From: a phage
DNA length: 51,269 bases
Reading direction: 5' to 3' (one strand)
Sequence record: PZ445518.1
Under the pieces are notes generated by a model. That model saw nothing but the letters and a program-made list of their open reading frames with translations, had not been told where the DNA came from and searched no databases. Position 1 is the stretch's first letter, and each line of letters opens with the position of its first letter. This document shows positions 1 through 9,977 of this stretch, piece by piece. The translations under genes were made by a program, and so were the position numbers.

Positions 1-1569
1 ATGATCATATGGGAAGATTTGACGGCGGCGCAAAAGCGAGCCATTAAAGAAATCAGTGAGCATTCATTCGAAAAGATGATCAGAATCTGGTTTCAGTTAT
101 TGCAGGGGCAAAAATTCCAGAGCAACTGGCATTTTAGCTTATTGTGCAGTGAGGTAGAGAAGATCATCAATGGAGAGTCGCAGAATGTGATTTTCAACAT
201 TACGCCAGGTAGCGGTAAGACTGAGATTTTCTCGATCCACATGTCACCCTACGCGTCATTGAAAAGTCGGAAGGTGAGAAACCTTAACCTTTCGTTTAGT
301 GATGGACTTGTCCAGCAAAACAGCAACAGGATAAAGGAGATTATCGGTTCTCCTGAGTGGCAAGAGCTATGGCCAGGAAAACTGGCAAAGGCGAGCGCAA
401 AAGATCTCATAGTTACGGATGGCGGCAAGGTTAAATTGCAAGTTAACTCACGTTCTATTGGCGGACAGGTAACAGGTTTGCGTGGCGGCTATATGGACGA
501 TGGTTTTACTGGTATGCTGGTTCTGGACGATCCAGACAAGCCGGATGATATGCTTTCTAAGGTCAAGCGTGAGGCGATCCACATGCGGTTAAAAAACACA
601 GTGCGATCGCGTCGAATGAAAGACACTACGCCGATTGTTATGGTGCAACAGCGACTACACGTTAATGATTCCACCTGGTTCATGCTTAATGGCGGTATGG
701 GCGGTATTGAGTTTAAAGTTGTGAGCATTCCTGCGCTGGTTACGAAAGAATACCGCGAAACGCTTCCTGATTGGTTGAAGCCTGAATTTGATCGTGATGT
801 GTTGTCAAGTAAGCCAGTGATGATAGATGGCGTTGCTCATTATTCATTTTGGCCTGCGAAGGAAAGCGCGGAGGAATTGCTTGCATTGCGCAATGCAGAT
901 CCTTATACGTTCGCCAGTCAGTACCAACAGCAACCCATCGCGCTTGGCGGCAACGTGTTTAAAACAGAGTGGTTCCAGTATTACGGCAGCGGCGAAAAAT
1001 GCGCACTTCCTAAACCGGATCGCTTTGAATACACATTTATTACTGGTGATACCGCGCAGAAGGCCGGAGAGCTTAACGACTATTCAGTTTTTTGTTATTG
1101 GGGGATGTATAAGAATCGCGTTTACTTCATTGATGGCATTCGCGGAAAGTGGGAAGCGCCGGATCTTGAATTAAATTTTATTGCCTTCGTTAATCAGTGC
1201 TGGAAGCGCAATAAGGAGTGTGGCAGCTTGCGACGTATCCACATTGAGGATAAGGCCAGCGGCACGGGTTTGATTCAGGGGGCCAAAAAGAAGATCCCGA
1301 TTGATATAAATCCCGTTCAGCGAAGCAATGACAAGGTAACGCGAGCAATGGACGCCGCGCCAGTAATGAGGGCCGGACGTGTGGCACTGCCAGAAAGTCA
1401 TCCCATGTTACCTGAGATACTGGCAGAGGTTGCAGCGTTCACTTTTGACGATTCTCATCCCCATGATGATATTGTCGATAATATAGTTGATGCTGTTAAC
1501 GTCGAAATGAACTTGGCTGATGATCCGGTAGCAAGGATGAAAAAGCTGGCTGGTCTACGCAATAAATAG
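1..1569 (+). CDS. terL: terminase large subunit
   Basis: 522-aa ORF from base 1; P-loop-like GSGKTE near N-terminus; immediately upstream of portal; ATG at 1 overlaps inferred terS stop across window ends. Confidence 0.8.
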   Translation: MIIWEDLTAAQKRAIKEISEHSFEKMIRIWFQLLQGQKFQSNWHFSLLCSEVEKIINGESQNVIFNITPGSGKTEIFSIHMSPYASLKSRKVRNLNLSFSDGLVQQNSNRIKEIIGSPEWQELWPGKLAKASAKDLIVTDGGKVKLQVNSRSIGGQVTGLRGGYMDDGFTGMLVLDDPDKPDDMLSKVKREAIHMRLKNTVRSRRMKDTTPIVMVQQRLHVNDSTWFMLNGGMGGIEFKVVSIPALVTKEYRETLPDWLKPEFDRDVLSSKPVMIDGVAHYSFWPAKESAEELLALRNADPYTFASQYQQQPIALGGNVFKTEWFQYYGSGEKCALPKPDRFEYTFITGDTAQKAGELNDYSVFCYWGMYKNRVYFIDGIRGKWEAPDLELNFIAFVNQCWKRNKECGSLRRIHIEDKASGTGLIQGAKKKIPIDINPVQRSNDKVTRAMDAAPVMRAGRVALPESHPMLPEILAEVAAFTFDDSHPHDDIVDNIVDAVNVEMNLADDPVARMKKLAGLRNK

Positions 1570-1589
1570 CACTAATTGCTAAAAAGTTA
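1567..1589 (+). repeat. conserved 22-bp element, variant copy (no promoter geometry)
   Basis: AAATAGCACTAATTGCTAAAAAG after terL stop; followed by terminator, not by spaced -10. Confidence 0.5.
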
Positions 1590-1596
1590 TATAATC

Positions 1597-1626
1597 AAGG
1601 CTGGATTTTTCCAGCCTTTTTTATTA
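1597..1626 (+). terminator. rho-independent terminator-like hairpin
   Basis: AAGGCTGGA ttttt TCCAGCCTT followed by T-tract. Confidence 0.6.
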
Positions 1627-1639
1627 TGGAGATTTGACG

Positions 1640-2932
1640 ATGAGCGAAAAAACAAGGCTAGTTAAGGCCGATGGATACAACGAGATTTTCAAGGGTAGTA
1701 AGGGCAATGGGCGTGTAGAGTTGCCTTTCTTTATGCAGGGGTTCGAATACACCACGCACGATGATTTTTACATTCGTGACGGCCTAGCAAAACGAATCAT
1801 CGACGTTGTTCCAGAAGAAATGGTGACGCCTGGATTTAATATTGATGGCGTGGAAGATGAGGAAAGTTTTAGATCTTTGTGGGATGAGAAGCGACTAAAC
1901 GATAAAATCATTGATGCGCTTTGCTGGTCGCGTCTTTTTGGTGGCGCTGCAATCGTGGCAATCGTCCAGGATGGCAGGGCTTTAAAGTCACCTGTAGCGC
2001 CTGGTGCAATCCTTGAAGATGTTCGCGTTTACGATCGCTTTCAGGTTCGCGTAGAAAAGCGCGAAACTAATCCACGCAAGGTAAGATATGGTGAGCCATT
2101 AATTTACACCATTTCACCTGGTGCCGACTTGCCAGAATACCAGGTTCACTATTCGCGAGTCTGTATTATCGACGGTGAGCGGCTACCAAATCAGCGGCGT
2201 CAATCAAATGATGGGTGGGGTGAGTCGATCCTGAATAAGAGACTTGTTGAGGCTATTTGTGATTATAACTACTGCGAAAACTTAGCAACTCAATTGTTGC
2301 GACGTAAGCAACAGGCGGTATGGAAAGTTAAAGGTCTTGCTGATCTTTGTGATGATGATGATGGTGTTAGTGCCGCACGTTTGCGACTTGCTCAAGTTGA
2401 TGATGAGGGTGGCGTAGGCCGTGCGATCGGCATTGATGCGGAAGATGAGGAATATGATGTTTTAAATTCTGATATTTCTGCCGTCGATTCATTCCTGGAA
2501 AAGAAGATGGATCGCATTGTATCTCTTTCCGGCATCCATGAAATCATCCTCAAAAACAAGAACGTTGGCGGTGTTAGCGCGAGCCAAAACACGGCGCTTG
2601 AAACCTTCTGCAAGCTGATCGACCGAAAGCGAAAGGAAGAATACAAACCAATCCTTGAATTTCTGATCCCGTTCCTTATTCAAGAGGAAGAATGGAGCAT
2701 TCAGTTTGCGCCGTTAAGCGTTCCCAGCGAAAAGGACCAGGCCGAGATCTTGAACAAGAATATTGATTCTTTGAGCAAGGCTATTGACGGTCAATTCATG
2801 GATGCAGAAGAGGCGCGCGACACATTGCGAGCCATTGCGCCTAACGTTAAACTAAAAGACGGCAATGACATTAAATTACCTGAGCAAGACGTAGAGCCGG
2901 AGCCAGGAACAACAGAGGGTAGCAATCAATGA
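1640..2932 (+). CDS. portal protein
   Basis: ATG at 1640 with GGAG about 9 nt upstream (ORF-track start 1634 is TTG); ~430 aa; follows terL; stop overlaps next start (ATGA). Confidence 0.75.
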   Translation: MSEKTRLVKADGYNEIFKGSKGNGRVELPFFMQGFEYTTHDDFYIRDGLAKRIIDVVPEEMVTPGFNIDGVEDEESFRSLWDEKRLNDKIIDALCWSRLFGGAAIVAIVQDGRALKSPVAPGAILEDVRVYDRFQVRVEKRETNPRKVRYGEPLIYTISPGADLPEYQVHYSRVCIIDGERLPNQRRQSNDGWGESILNKRLVEAICDYNYCENLATQLLRRKQQAVWKVKGLADLCDDDDGVSAARLRLAQVDDEGGVGRAIGIDAEDEEYDVLNSDISAVDSFLEKKMDRIVSLSGIHEIILKNKNVGGVSASQNTALETFCKLIDRKRKEEYKPILEFLIPFLIQEEEWSIQFAPLSVPSEKDQAEILNKNIDSLSKAIDGQFMDAEEARDTLRAIAPNVKLKDGNDIKLPEQDVEPEPGTTEGSNQ

Positions 2933-3684
2933 TAGTGAAAGGCGTCGTTAAACAATGGCGCTTTCCTGAAGCAAGCGAGCGGCAATTGCGCCGCTCAATT
3001 CAGGAGGCGATAAGGGATCTTGTTGTGCTGATGCGCAGCAAAACAAAGGAAATGAAATTTGACGCGGACACCGAAGAAATCAACGCCGCAGAGGATGAGA
3101 TTAGTAGCTTCGCGTTAAAGCTAATAGCTGGCATCGCCGCATCACTTCCGGCTATCGGTTTTGCTGTTTATAAATTCAACGCGAAGCAATTTATTAACGT
3201 AGCCAAATCAACTGGAGGCAAGTCAAATTCAGCCGTTATCATCCTTATGGCTATTGGGGCCAATGCGAATGAGAGTTGGTATAGGACGCTATACGGTCAA
3301 TGGCATGACATGACGATCGCATCTCTTCAAAAGCTATTTGGAAACATCGTGTCTGACTGGTCAACCAATATTAGATTGGCAAACTTTCGCGGAATGAGAG
3401 ATAGCCAGGTTAATGAATTGGCTGGTAAGAGGTTCGCAGTGTATAGCTCTTGGGGTAAGACAAGGGCGGAAAACATCATAGGCGCTTGGAATAGTAGACT
3501 CATGCGCCAGCGTCTTTATGATTCAAAAGTAACTCATTATTTTTGGCATGGTATGCTTGATGACAGAGAGCGATTGCAGCATGTACAATGGGAAGGTAAG
3601 CGCATTGCGCTAGATTCTGAACATGATTTTCCTGGTGAGCCTTTCGGTTGTCGTTGTTGGGCCATACCAGATTGGAACAGTTAA
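2929..3684 (+). CDS. head morphogenesis / minor head protein (putative)
   Basis: 251-aa ORF translationally coupled to portal; position typical of minor head protein; no motif confirmed. Confidence 0.5.
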   Translation: MIVKGVVKQWRFPEASERQLRRSIQEAIRDLVVLMRSKTKEMKFDADTEEINAAEDEISSFALKLIAGIAASLPAIGFAVYKFNAKQFINVAKSTGGKSNSAVIILMAIGANANESWYRTLYGQWHDMTIASLQKLFGNIVSDWSTNIRLANFRGMRDSQVNELAGKRFAVYSSWGKTRAENIIGAWNSRLMRQRLYDSKVTHYFWHGMLDDRERLQHVQWEGKRIALDSEHDFPGEPFGCRCWAIPDWNS

Positions 3685-3694
3685 GAGGTATTAA

Positions 3695-4810
3695 ATGAAG
3701 GCAAAACAAAGATTTGATAGCGCCAAAGTAAAGGCGCACTTTGATGATAACGGGTTTTTAGTTGATCGCCCTATCGTGGCGCGAATTGGTTTACAAGTCT
3801 ATCAGACTCCTTTCGGTGAGCGCCGAGAATTTCGCCCTGCGTCAGAAGTATTCAAGGCCGACTCGCTCGCCACCTTTGCAGGGAAGCCGGTCACGGTTGG
3901 TCACGTCACGGTAACGCCAGAAAACGCCGAAAAGGTTGTAGTTGGTTCTTGTGCTGGCGCTGGTGTGCCGAACGGGATCGGCGTAGAGGTTCCGTTAAGC
4001 ATTTACTCAAAACGAGCAATCGAAAGCGCAAAGAAGCGAGACACGGCGGAAATTTCAGTTGGTTATACATCGGTTGATATTGATAAACCAGGCTGGGGCA
4101 ATAATAAAACTGGTGAGTACGTTTTCGATGAGGACGTTAGCGAAGACTGGAAACCTGATTCTCCTGATTGGGTTAAGTTTGATGCAATCCAGACTGAAAT
4201 CAAGGTAAACCACATCGCGTTAGTTTTCCGAGGTCGAGCTGGCATTGCAAAATTAAACCTTGATAGCCAGCAAGATTTTCCGTATAGTGACGACGTTATT
4301 AACAACAAAGAGGATCAAATCATGACTGTAAAAATTAAACTGGATGGCGCTGTAGAGTTTGACGTGCCGAAAGCGGTTGCGGATCACATTGAATCACTGA
4401 AAGCTGATACCAAAGCGCAGAAAGAAAAGGCTGACAGCCTGGAAGCTGAGCGAGACGCACTGCAAACCAAAGTAGATGGCATTCAGGATCAGATTGATGC
4501 CGCAGTCAAGAAGGCCAAAGAAGATGCCGAGCAATATGCTCAATTAGTGGCAGACGCTAAAGAGTTAGGCATCAAGTGCGACGGCCTGGATGCGAAAGCA
4601 ATCAAGGTTGCATACATCAAGGAAGTTATGGGCAATGACGTTTCTGATAAAACTGATGCCTATATCGAAACAGCTTTCGACATCGCCAAAAACTCTGATA
4701 AAATGGCGGCGCAGCGTAAGAGCATTAAAGGTGACTCTTTCGCGAATGAAAAGCAGGATGACGCAGGTTCTAAGCTGAATCCTAACGCTCGTTTTGAGAA
4801 ACTGAAATAA
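3695..4810 (+). CDS. capsid scaffolding protein (putative)
   Basis: 371 aa; C-terminal half Ala/Lys/Glu/Asp-rich coiled-coil-like; lies between head morphogenesis gene and capsid genes. Confidence 0.5.
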   Translation: MKAKQRFDSAKVKAHFDDNGFLVDRPIVARIGLQVYQTPFGERREFRPASEVFKADSLATFAGKPVTVGHVTVTPENAEKVVVGSCAGAGVPNGIGVEVPLSIYSKRAIESAKKRDTAEISVGYTSVDIDKPGWGNNKTGEYVFDEDVSEDWKPDSPDWVKFDAIQTEIKVNHIALVFRGRAGIAKLNLDSQQDFPYSDDVINNKEDQIMTVKIKLDGAVEFDVPKAVADHIESLKADTKAQKEKADSLEAERDALQTKVDGIQDQIDAAVKKAKEDAEQYAQLVADAKELGIKCDGLDAKAIKVAYIKEVMGNDVSDKTDAYIETAFDIAKNSDKMAAQRKSIKGDSFANEKQDDAGSKLNPNARFEKLK

Positions 4811-4822
4811 GGAGTAATTAAA

Positions 4823-5332
4823 ATGGCTAAAATTGGAGCAAGTTATTTTGACACTATGGCGCGTGCGCTTCCTGGTCAGGTATCCGATACTTCGGCATAT
4901 AACATCGACGGCGCTTGTGTTCTTGACAAGGAAGATGGCATCCCAATCCTGGTTGGCGTGGCTGTTAAGCTAAAAGGCGTTGACTCAATGGGTAATAAGC
5001 TGATCGACTCCATTTCCGCTGGCGGTGACGTTCCTTATGGCGTTGGCATCCGTTCTCACTTTCAAACAACGGCTGATAATGGTCGAATGGTTTATGAGGT
5101 TGGCGGCGGAATCAACGTTATGACAGAGGGCCGCGTTTGGATGATTGGAGATGATTCAGATAAGGCCAAAAAGCCATCGTATCGTGAGCCTGTAAAAATT
5201 GATGAAAACACTGGCAAGGTAAAAAGTGGTGGCGCTATCAATACCAACTGGATTTACACGGGAGATAAAACCACATTTGGAACTGGCGAAGATGTGTTGA
5301 CTTTGTTTGAAGTTCAGGTCTTCCCAAGCTAA
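4823..5332 (+). CDS. virion structural protein (possible capsid decoration), paralog of 5383..6165
   Basis: MAK start with strong RBS; shares YNIDG and W-I-TGD blocks with next gene; followed by terminator. Confidence 0.45.
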   Translation: MAKIGASYFDTMARALPGQVSDTSAYNIDGACVLDKEDGIPILVGVAVKLKGVDSMGNKLIDSISAGGDVPYGVGIRSHFQTTADNGRMVYEVGGGINVMTEGRVWMIGDDSDKAKKPSYREPVKIDENTGKVKSGGAINTNWIYTGDKTTFGTGEDVLTLFEVQVFPS

Positions 5333-5337
5333 AATTA

Positions 5338-5368
5338 AGGCGCTCGCTTGAGCGCCTTTTTTATTATG
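5338..5368 (+). terminator. rho-independent terminator
   Basis: AAGGCGCTC gctt GAGCGCCTT followed by TTTTTTATT. Confidence 0.65.
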
Positions 5369-5382
5369 TAAGGAGAAATGAA

Positions 5383-6165
5383 ATGGCTAAAGATTATTCA
5401 TCTGTTATGGGTCTTTCTTGCCCTGGTTGTTTGGTTGACTCTACTCGCTACAATATTGATGGAACTGGCGTTTGTGGTTCTGAGTCGATTATTGCTGGTA
5501 AGGTTGTTTTCTTCAAAGAGAGAGTAGAAGGTTATAGCATATTTGTTGATCATAAAGAGCATGATGCGGTTGTTGCTGGCGTCGCGCTAAGGAGCAACAT
5601 AACAACGACAGTTAACGAGGAAGACGGGTATTCAGACTACAAGGAAGGAGACGCCATCAACATTTTGACAAGAGGTGTTGTATGGTGTGTAACTCAAACA
5701 ATTGAATCTCCTCCTGAACATGGCGATCTTGTTTATGTTAACAATGATGGCTTTGTAGCAAAGAGTGACGGGGATGAAATCGTCGATGGCTGGATTTTTA
5801 CTGGTGACTTCTACAAGTTTGATGAAACAATAAACATAGTAGGAGTAAGGATAACGCCGCTTCATCATAGAAAATACCTTCTTACTGGTGCGATAATTGA
5901 GGCTGAAAATGGCTACATAGAGGGAACAGAGACGATTAATAACGTTCAATTAAAGGTAACGGTTGTTCCTACTTGGGCTGATGACAAAACGGGTCAGTGG
6001 ACAATTACAAACGAGCAAGATCCAAAGGTTGCCAGCGTTAGCCGTACAGGTCTTGTTGTTCCTACTGGTGTAGGAGGCAGAGTTAACGTCAACTGGACTG
6101 CTAATGATGGTTCTGGAGTTGCTGACCAGTTTGATATTGTATTTAAGAAAACCGCTGGCGAATAA
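5383..6165 (+). CDS. virion structural protein with Ig-like C-terminal region (possible capsid decoration)
   Basis: N-terminal half paralogous to 4823..5332; C-terminal Thr/Val/Gly-rich beta-type segment. Confidence 0.45.
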   Translation: MAKDYSSVMGLSCPGCLVDSTRYNIDGTGVCGSESIIAGKVVFFKERVEGYSIFVDHKEHDAVVAGVALRSNITTTVNEEDGYSDYKEGDAINILTRGVVWCVTQTIESPPEHGDLVYVNNDGFVAKSDGDEIVDGWIFTGDFYKFDETINIVGVRITPLHHRKYLLTGAIIEAENGYIEGTETINNVQLKVTVVPTWADDKTGQWTITNEQDPKVASVSRTGLVVPTGVGGRVNVNWTANDGSGVADQFDIVFKKTAGE

Positions 6166-6190
6166 CTGATAGCATAAAAAAACATTGCAC

Positions 6191-6210
6191 GTTTAACAAA
6201 AAGTGCTATC
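6191..6210 (+). repeat. conserved 22-bp element, inverted copy in late region
   Basis: GTTTAACAAAAAGTGCTATC upstream of major capsid gene, opposite to gene direction. Confidence 0.5.
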
Positions 6211-6214
6211 ATCT

Positions 6215-6242
6215 AGGCCGTTACATTTAACGGCCTTTTTTA
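6215..6242 (+). terminator. terminator-like hairpin immediately upstream of major capsid RBS
   Basis: GGCCGTTA cattt TAACGGCC followed by TTTTTT, which abuts GGAGG. Confidence 0.55.
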
Positions 6243-6255
6243 TGGAGGAAGCAAA

Positions 6256-7227
6256 ATGGCTAAAAAATACGATGAATTAGATGCTACCATTGTAGCAAAT
6301 CATTTACAGGTTCAGGGCGTTAAGGGTGATGCTTCTGATATGGGTATTTGGACCGCTCAAGAGCTACACAAGATCCGTTCAACGGCATACGAGAAAGAGT
6401 ATCCGGCAGGTTCCGCACTTCGCGTATTCCCTGTAACAAACGAGCTTTCTGATACTGATAAGACTTTTGAGTATCAGACTTTTGATAAGGTTGGCTACGC
6501 GAAAATTATCGCCGACTACACCGACGATCTGCCGACCGTGGACGCGCTGATGACTTCTGAATTTGGCAAGGTGTTCCGCCTGGGTAACGCTTTTCTGATC
6601 TCCATTGATGAGATTAAAGCAGGTCAGCGAACTGGCAAGAGCCTGTCAACTCGCAAGGCTAACGCTGCGCAAAATGCGCATGATCAGTTGATTAACTTCC
6701 TGGTGTTCAAAGGTTCCAAGCCTCATAAGATCGTTTCCGTTTTCGATCACCCTAACCTTACGAAAATTGTTTCTAAAGGATGGATGAGCCAGGATGGAAA
6801 CACCAAGTTCCCTGATGTGGCAAGCGATGAACTGGAGGCTGCAATCGAGACTATCGAGGAAGTAACCAAAGGTCAGCACCGCGCGACTAACATCCTGATC
6901 CCGCCGTCCATGCGTAAAGTCTTGACGGTTCGAATGGAAAATACCACTGAAAGTTATCTTGAATACTTCCAGAAGCAAAACGGCGGCATCACTATCGACT
7001 CTATCGCAGAGCTTGAGGATATTGACGGCAAAGGTACGAAAGGTTGCTTGGTTTACGAAAAAGATCCAATGAACATGAGCATTGAGATTCCAGAAGCGTT
7101 TAACATGCTTCCGGCGCAGCCAAAAGACCTTCATTTCAAGGTTCCTTGCACTTCCAAGTGTACTGGCCTTACTATTTACCGTCCGTTTACGATGGTGCTT
7201 ATTACTGGCTTGAAAAAGTCAGCTTAA
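6256..7227 (+). CDS. major capsid protein
   Basis: 323 aa; strong RBS GGAGG; terminator hairpins on both sides; position after scaffold and decoration genes. Confidence 0.7.
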   Translation: MAKKYDELDATIVANHLQVQGVKGDASDMGIWTAQELHKIRSTAYEKEYPAGSALRVFPVTNELSDTDKTFEYQTFDKVGYAKIIADYTDDLPTVDALMTSEFGKVFRLGNAFLISIDEIKAGQRTGKSLSTRKANAAQNAHDQLINFLVFKGSKPHKIVSVFDHPNLTKIVSKGWMSQDGNTKFPDVASDELEAAIETIEEVTKGQHRATNILIPPSMRKVLTVRMENTTESYLEYFQKQNGGITIDSIAELEDIDGKGTKGCLVYEKDPMNMSIEIPEAFNMLPAQPKDLHFKVPCTSKCTGLTIYRPFTMVLITGLKKSA

Positions 7228-7238
7228 TTAGATAACAT

Positions 7239-7270
7239 GGGGAGCCTTAAGGGTTCCCCTTTTTTTATTT
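7239..7270 (+). terminator. rho-independent terminator after major capsid gene
   Basis: GGGGAGCC ttaa GGGTTCCCC followed by TTTTTTTATTT. Confidence 0.65.
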
Positions 7271-7285
7271 ACGGAGTACACAAAA

Positions 7286-7552
7286 ATGAGCAAAACTTTA
7301 AAACTTAAAGTAACTGGCGTTTGCATGATTATTATGGACGGTAAGCGTTATCACCCTGGTGATGAGATTGAAATTGAATCTGATCGCATTAATGATTCCG
7401 CAATTGAATACCTGATCGCTCGCGGCGATGTGGAAGTTAAAGACAATTCCGAAATTAACGAGCAAATCAAGGAGAAAGCGGAGAAGAAGCGCAAAAAAGA
7501 TCCTACCGAGGGCAAGAGCCGCAAAGAGCTAGAGGATGGCGGCGAATATTAA
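7286..7552 (+). CDS. hypothetical protein
   Basis: 88-aa ORF with GGAG RBS; Lys/Glu-rich C-terminus. Confidence 0.4.
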   Translation: MSKTLKLKVTGVCMIIMDGKRYHPGDEIEIESDRINDSAIEYLIARGDVEVKDNSEINEQIKEKAEKKRKKDPTEGKSRKELEDGGEY

Positions 7553-7598
7553 TAATTGGGGCGCTTATGCGCCCCTTGTCATATCTGGAGAAAGCAAA

Positions 7599-8018
7599 AT
7601 GGTAGATGAATTTTACACAGACGCTGAAATCGTTCAGCAAATCGTAAAGTTGGCCCCACCAATGCAGCAGGTTGATCCCGATTTAATTGTGGCATGGATT
7701 GAGCTTGCTAAAGAATTTGTTTGCAAAAAACGGTTTAAAAACTCATACCCGAAAGCGGTTGCGCTTTACACTCTTCACCTTATGACCTTAGACGGGGCAA
7801 TGAAACAGGAAGGTGAAAGCGTAGAAAGCTATTCCCGCCGCGTTGCATCGTTCACTCTGACTGGTGAGTTTAGTCAGACGTTTGATCGAATTTCTTCCGA
7901 TACAAGCGGAAAGCAGATCCGACAAACGCCGTGGGGCAAAATGTACGAAGTGTTAAACCGTAAGCACGGTGGCGGCTTTGGACTTGTAACTGGATTGCGC
8001 CGGAGATGTTGCCGATGA
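7599..8018 (+). CDS. head-tail connector/adaptor (putative)
   Basis: ATG at 7599 after GGAG; in-frame with ORF 7536..8018; synteny only. Confidence 0.4.
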   Translation: MVDEFYTDAEIVQQIVKLAPPMQQVDPDLIVAWIELAKEFVCKKRFKNSYPKAVALYTLHLMTLDGAMKQEGESVESYSRRVASFTLTGEFSQTFDRISSDTSGKQIRQTPWGKMYEVLNRKHGGGFGLVTGLRRRCCR

Positions 8019-8389
8019 ATTACAATGAGATTGCAAGAATGGCTACTGCTGGGATTAACTTTTTCAGCGACGCTAACGGTATGTTTAAGTGCATCACGCA
8101 GCAGGGAGGGGTTGAGATTATCGGCGGAGAGGAAGTTGCCAAGCCTGAGATTTCAGTGATGATAAAGGGGCTTGTTAGATCTCCGAGGACTAGAGAGGTT
8201 GACGGTGAAACGATCCGAGTAACCGACAAGTTGGGGGTATTCACCAATGAAACTGAGATCAAAAATGGTTATCAGATTGAAATTGATGGCGATCGTTATG
8301 TTGTCGTTGAAGCAAGACCAGTCAGACAGACTAACATCACGGCAGCTTATCGTCCGATATTAAGGAGGATTGCAGTGCATGGCGGATAA
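8015..8389 (+). CDS. head-tail joining protein (putative)
   Basis: ATG overlaps upstream stop (ATGA); synteny only. Confidence 0.4.
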   Translation: MNYNEIARMATAGINFFSDANGMFKCITQQGGVEIIGGEEVAKPEISVMIKGLVRSPRTREVDGETIRVTDKLGVFTNETEIKNGYQIEIDGDRYVVVEARPVRQTNITAAYRPILRRIAVHGG

Positions 8390-8822
8390 TTATAAGATCA
8401 GGGAATTTCACGGTGATATAAGCAGGTGGATTGATTCAGTAAGCAGCGGCCTTGTTGATTGCGTTGAAATGTTCGCGACAAACGTCCACGAGGATCTTGT
8501 AAAGCGTTCGCCAGTTGATACGGGCCGATATAAAGCTAACTGGCAGGTAACAGCAAACAAGCCGCCGCTATATGCTCTCAATCAATACGATCGCGATGGT
8601 AGTAAAACCATTGCAGAAGGCAAGCGAGCAATATATGCAATCATGCGGGGCGGTGGAGCGGTGCGGTCAATCTATTTTTCAAACATGCTTATTTACGCCA
8701 ATGCGCTTGAATACGGGCATTCAAAACAAGCGCCGTCCGGCGTGCTGGGAATCGTGGCGGTAAAGCTGCGATCCTATATGACTAAGGCAATAAAGGATTC
8801 GAGGGCAAAAAATGCACTATGA
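8370..8822 (+). CDS. neck / tail component (putative)
   Basis: 150-aa ORF overlapping neighbours; synteny only. Confidence 0.4.
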   Translation: MQCMADNYKIREFHGDISRWIDSVSSGLVDCVEMFATNVHEDLVKRSPVDTGRYKANWQVTANKPPLYALNQYDRDGSKTIAEGKRAIYAIMRGGGAVRSIYFSNMLIYANALEYGHSKQAPSGVLGIVAVKLRSYMTKAIKDSRAKNAL

Positions 8823-9213
8823 TTTAATGTTAGCGGCAAGAAAGGCGCTGGCGGAGGAATATGAATCACGATTCAAGATCGCCTATGAAAACGTTGATTT
8901 TGTTCCGCCTGGTGATGGTTCGATGTGGTTAAAATTTGACTACATGGAAGCCGACACAGATCGCATATCTCTTGATAGAAAATGCGTTTCTTATATCGGA
9001 TTGGTTCAGGTTGGAATTGTTATGCCTCCTGGCGGCGGCACTGATAAAGCGCGTTTGCTGGCTAAAGAGATTGCGAGATTTTTCTATGATGGTAGAATGT
9101 TTGAAACTGGCTATATTAGCGAGGGGGCAAACGTCCACGCATTACTAAAAAGTGAAACAGGTTGGTTCTTACCGATCCGTTTCAGTGTTAGGCTTGACAC
9201 AAAGGAGGAATAA
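8812..9213 (+). CDS. tail completion protein (putative)
   Basis: 133-aa ORF directly upstream of major tail gene. Confidence 0.4.
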   Translation: MHYDLMLAARKALAEEYESRFKIAYENVDFVPPGDGSMWLKFDYMEADTDRISLDRKCVSYIGLVQVGIVMPPGGGTDKARLLAKEIARFFYDGRMFETGYISEGANVHALLKSETGWFLPIRFSVRLDTKEE

Positions 9214-9215
9214 TC

Positions 9216-9878
9216 ATGCACTTGCCTAATGGTTCTCAAATTTTCATCGGCGTTAATATGGGTGATCCGATTCAGGCTACGGCTATTTCAAATGCTAATG
9301 ATCCTGTTTTTACGACTGCAAACACTCAAAGCATCAAAAAAGGCGCTTATGTTCTTATTGAAACATCTTCTTGGGGCAAACTTGTTAGTCGAGTGCTTCG
9401 AGTTAAGGAAGTATCAGGTAATGTAAGTGTTACTCTTGAGGGCGTTAGCACCAAAGATACAAACGTATTTCCAGAAGGAAAGAACACAGCAACTTTCCGA
9501 GAAGTGAAATCTTGGGTAGAGGTTCCTTGCGTGCAGGATCTTGCGCAGGACGGCGGCGAGCAACAGTATTACACTTATCAGTGTTTGGCTGATGACCAGG
9601 AGCAGCAGTTACCGACCTACAAGAGCGCGGTTTCTCTTACCTACACTTTCGCTCATGAATATGATAACCCGATTTATCCGATCTTGCGCGAGGCTGAGGA
9701 ATCCGGCGACGTAACCGCTTTGCGTATGTACGTGCCGAAAGCTAAAGAGATGCGTTGCTGGGCTGGCGTATTGTCTTTTAATGACATTCCGCAAACAACT
9801 ATGAACGAAATGGAAACTGTTTCCCTTTCTGTATCTCTGAAAGGCCGATTCACGTTCTTACCTTCCGACGTTAAGTAA
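9216..9878 (+). CDS. major tail protein (putative)
   Basis: 220 aa; RBS AAGGAGG; followed by strong terminator; upstream of chaperone and tape measure. Confidence 0.55.
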   Translation: MHLPNGSQIFIGVNMGDPIQATAISNANDPVFTTANTQSIKKGAYVLIETSSWGKLVSRVLRVKEVSGNVSVTLEGVSTKDTNVFPEGKNTATFREVKSWVEVPCVQDLAQDGGEQQYYTYQCLADDQEQQLPTYKSAVSLTYTFAHEYDNPIYPILREAEESGDVTALRMYVPKAKEMRCWAGVLSFNDIPQTTMNEMETVSLSVSLKGRFTFLPSDVK

Positions 9879-9881
9879 AAC

Positions 9882-9906
9882 AAGGGGCGTTGCGCCCCTT
9901 TTTTCA
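9882..9906 (+). terminator. rho-independent terminator after major tail gene
   Basis: AAGGGGCG ttg CGCCCCTT followed by TTTTTCATT. Confidence 0.7.
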
Positions 9907-9943
9907 TTCCTGTAAAATCAATCTATCAAATAAATTAATTCCA

Positions 9944-9965
9944 CTTTTAACAAAAAGTGCTATAA
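9944..9965 (+). repeat. conserved 22-bp element, inverted copy in late region
   Basis: CTTTTAACAAAAAGTGCTATAA just upstream of chaperone RBS; on minus strand it is followed after 19 nt by TAGATT. Confidence 0.5.
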
Positions 9966-9977
9966 GGAGATCTTAAG

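Noticed and set aside
1567-1626. Conserved element copy after terL as a promoter
   Set aside because: TATAAT at about 1590-1595 is only about 8 nt from the element and is followed immediately by a terminator hairpin; the spacing does not match the other cassettes, so it is listed as a repeat plus terminator.
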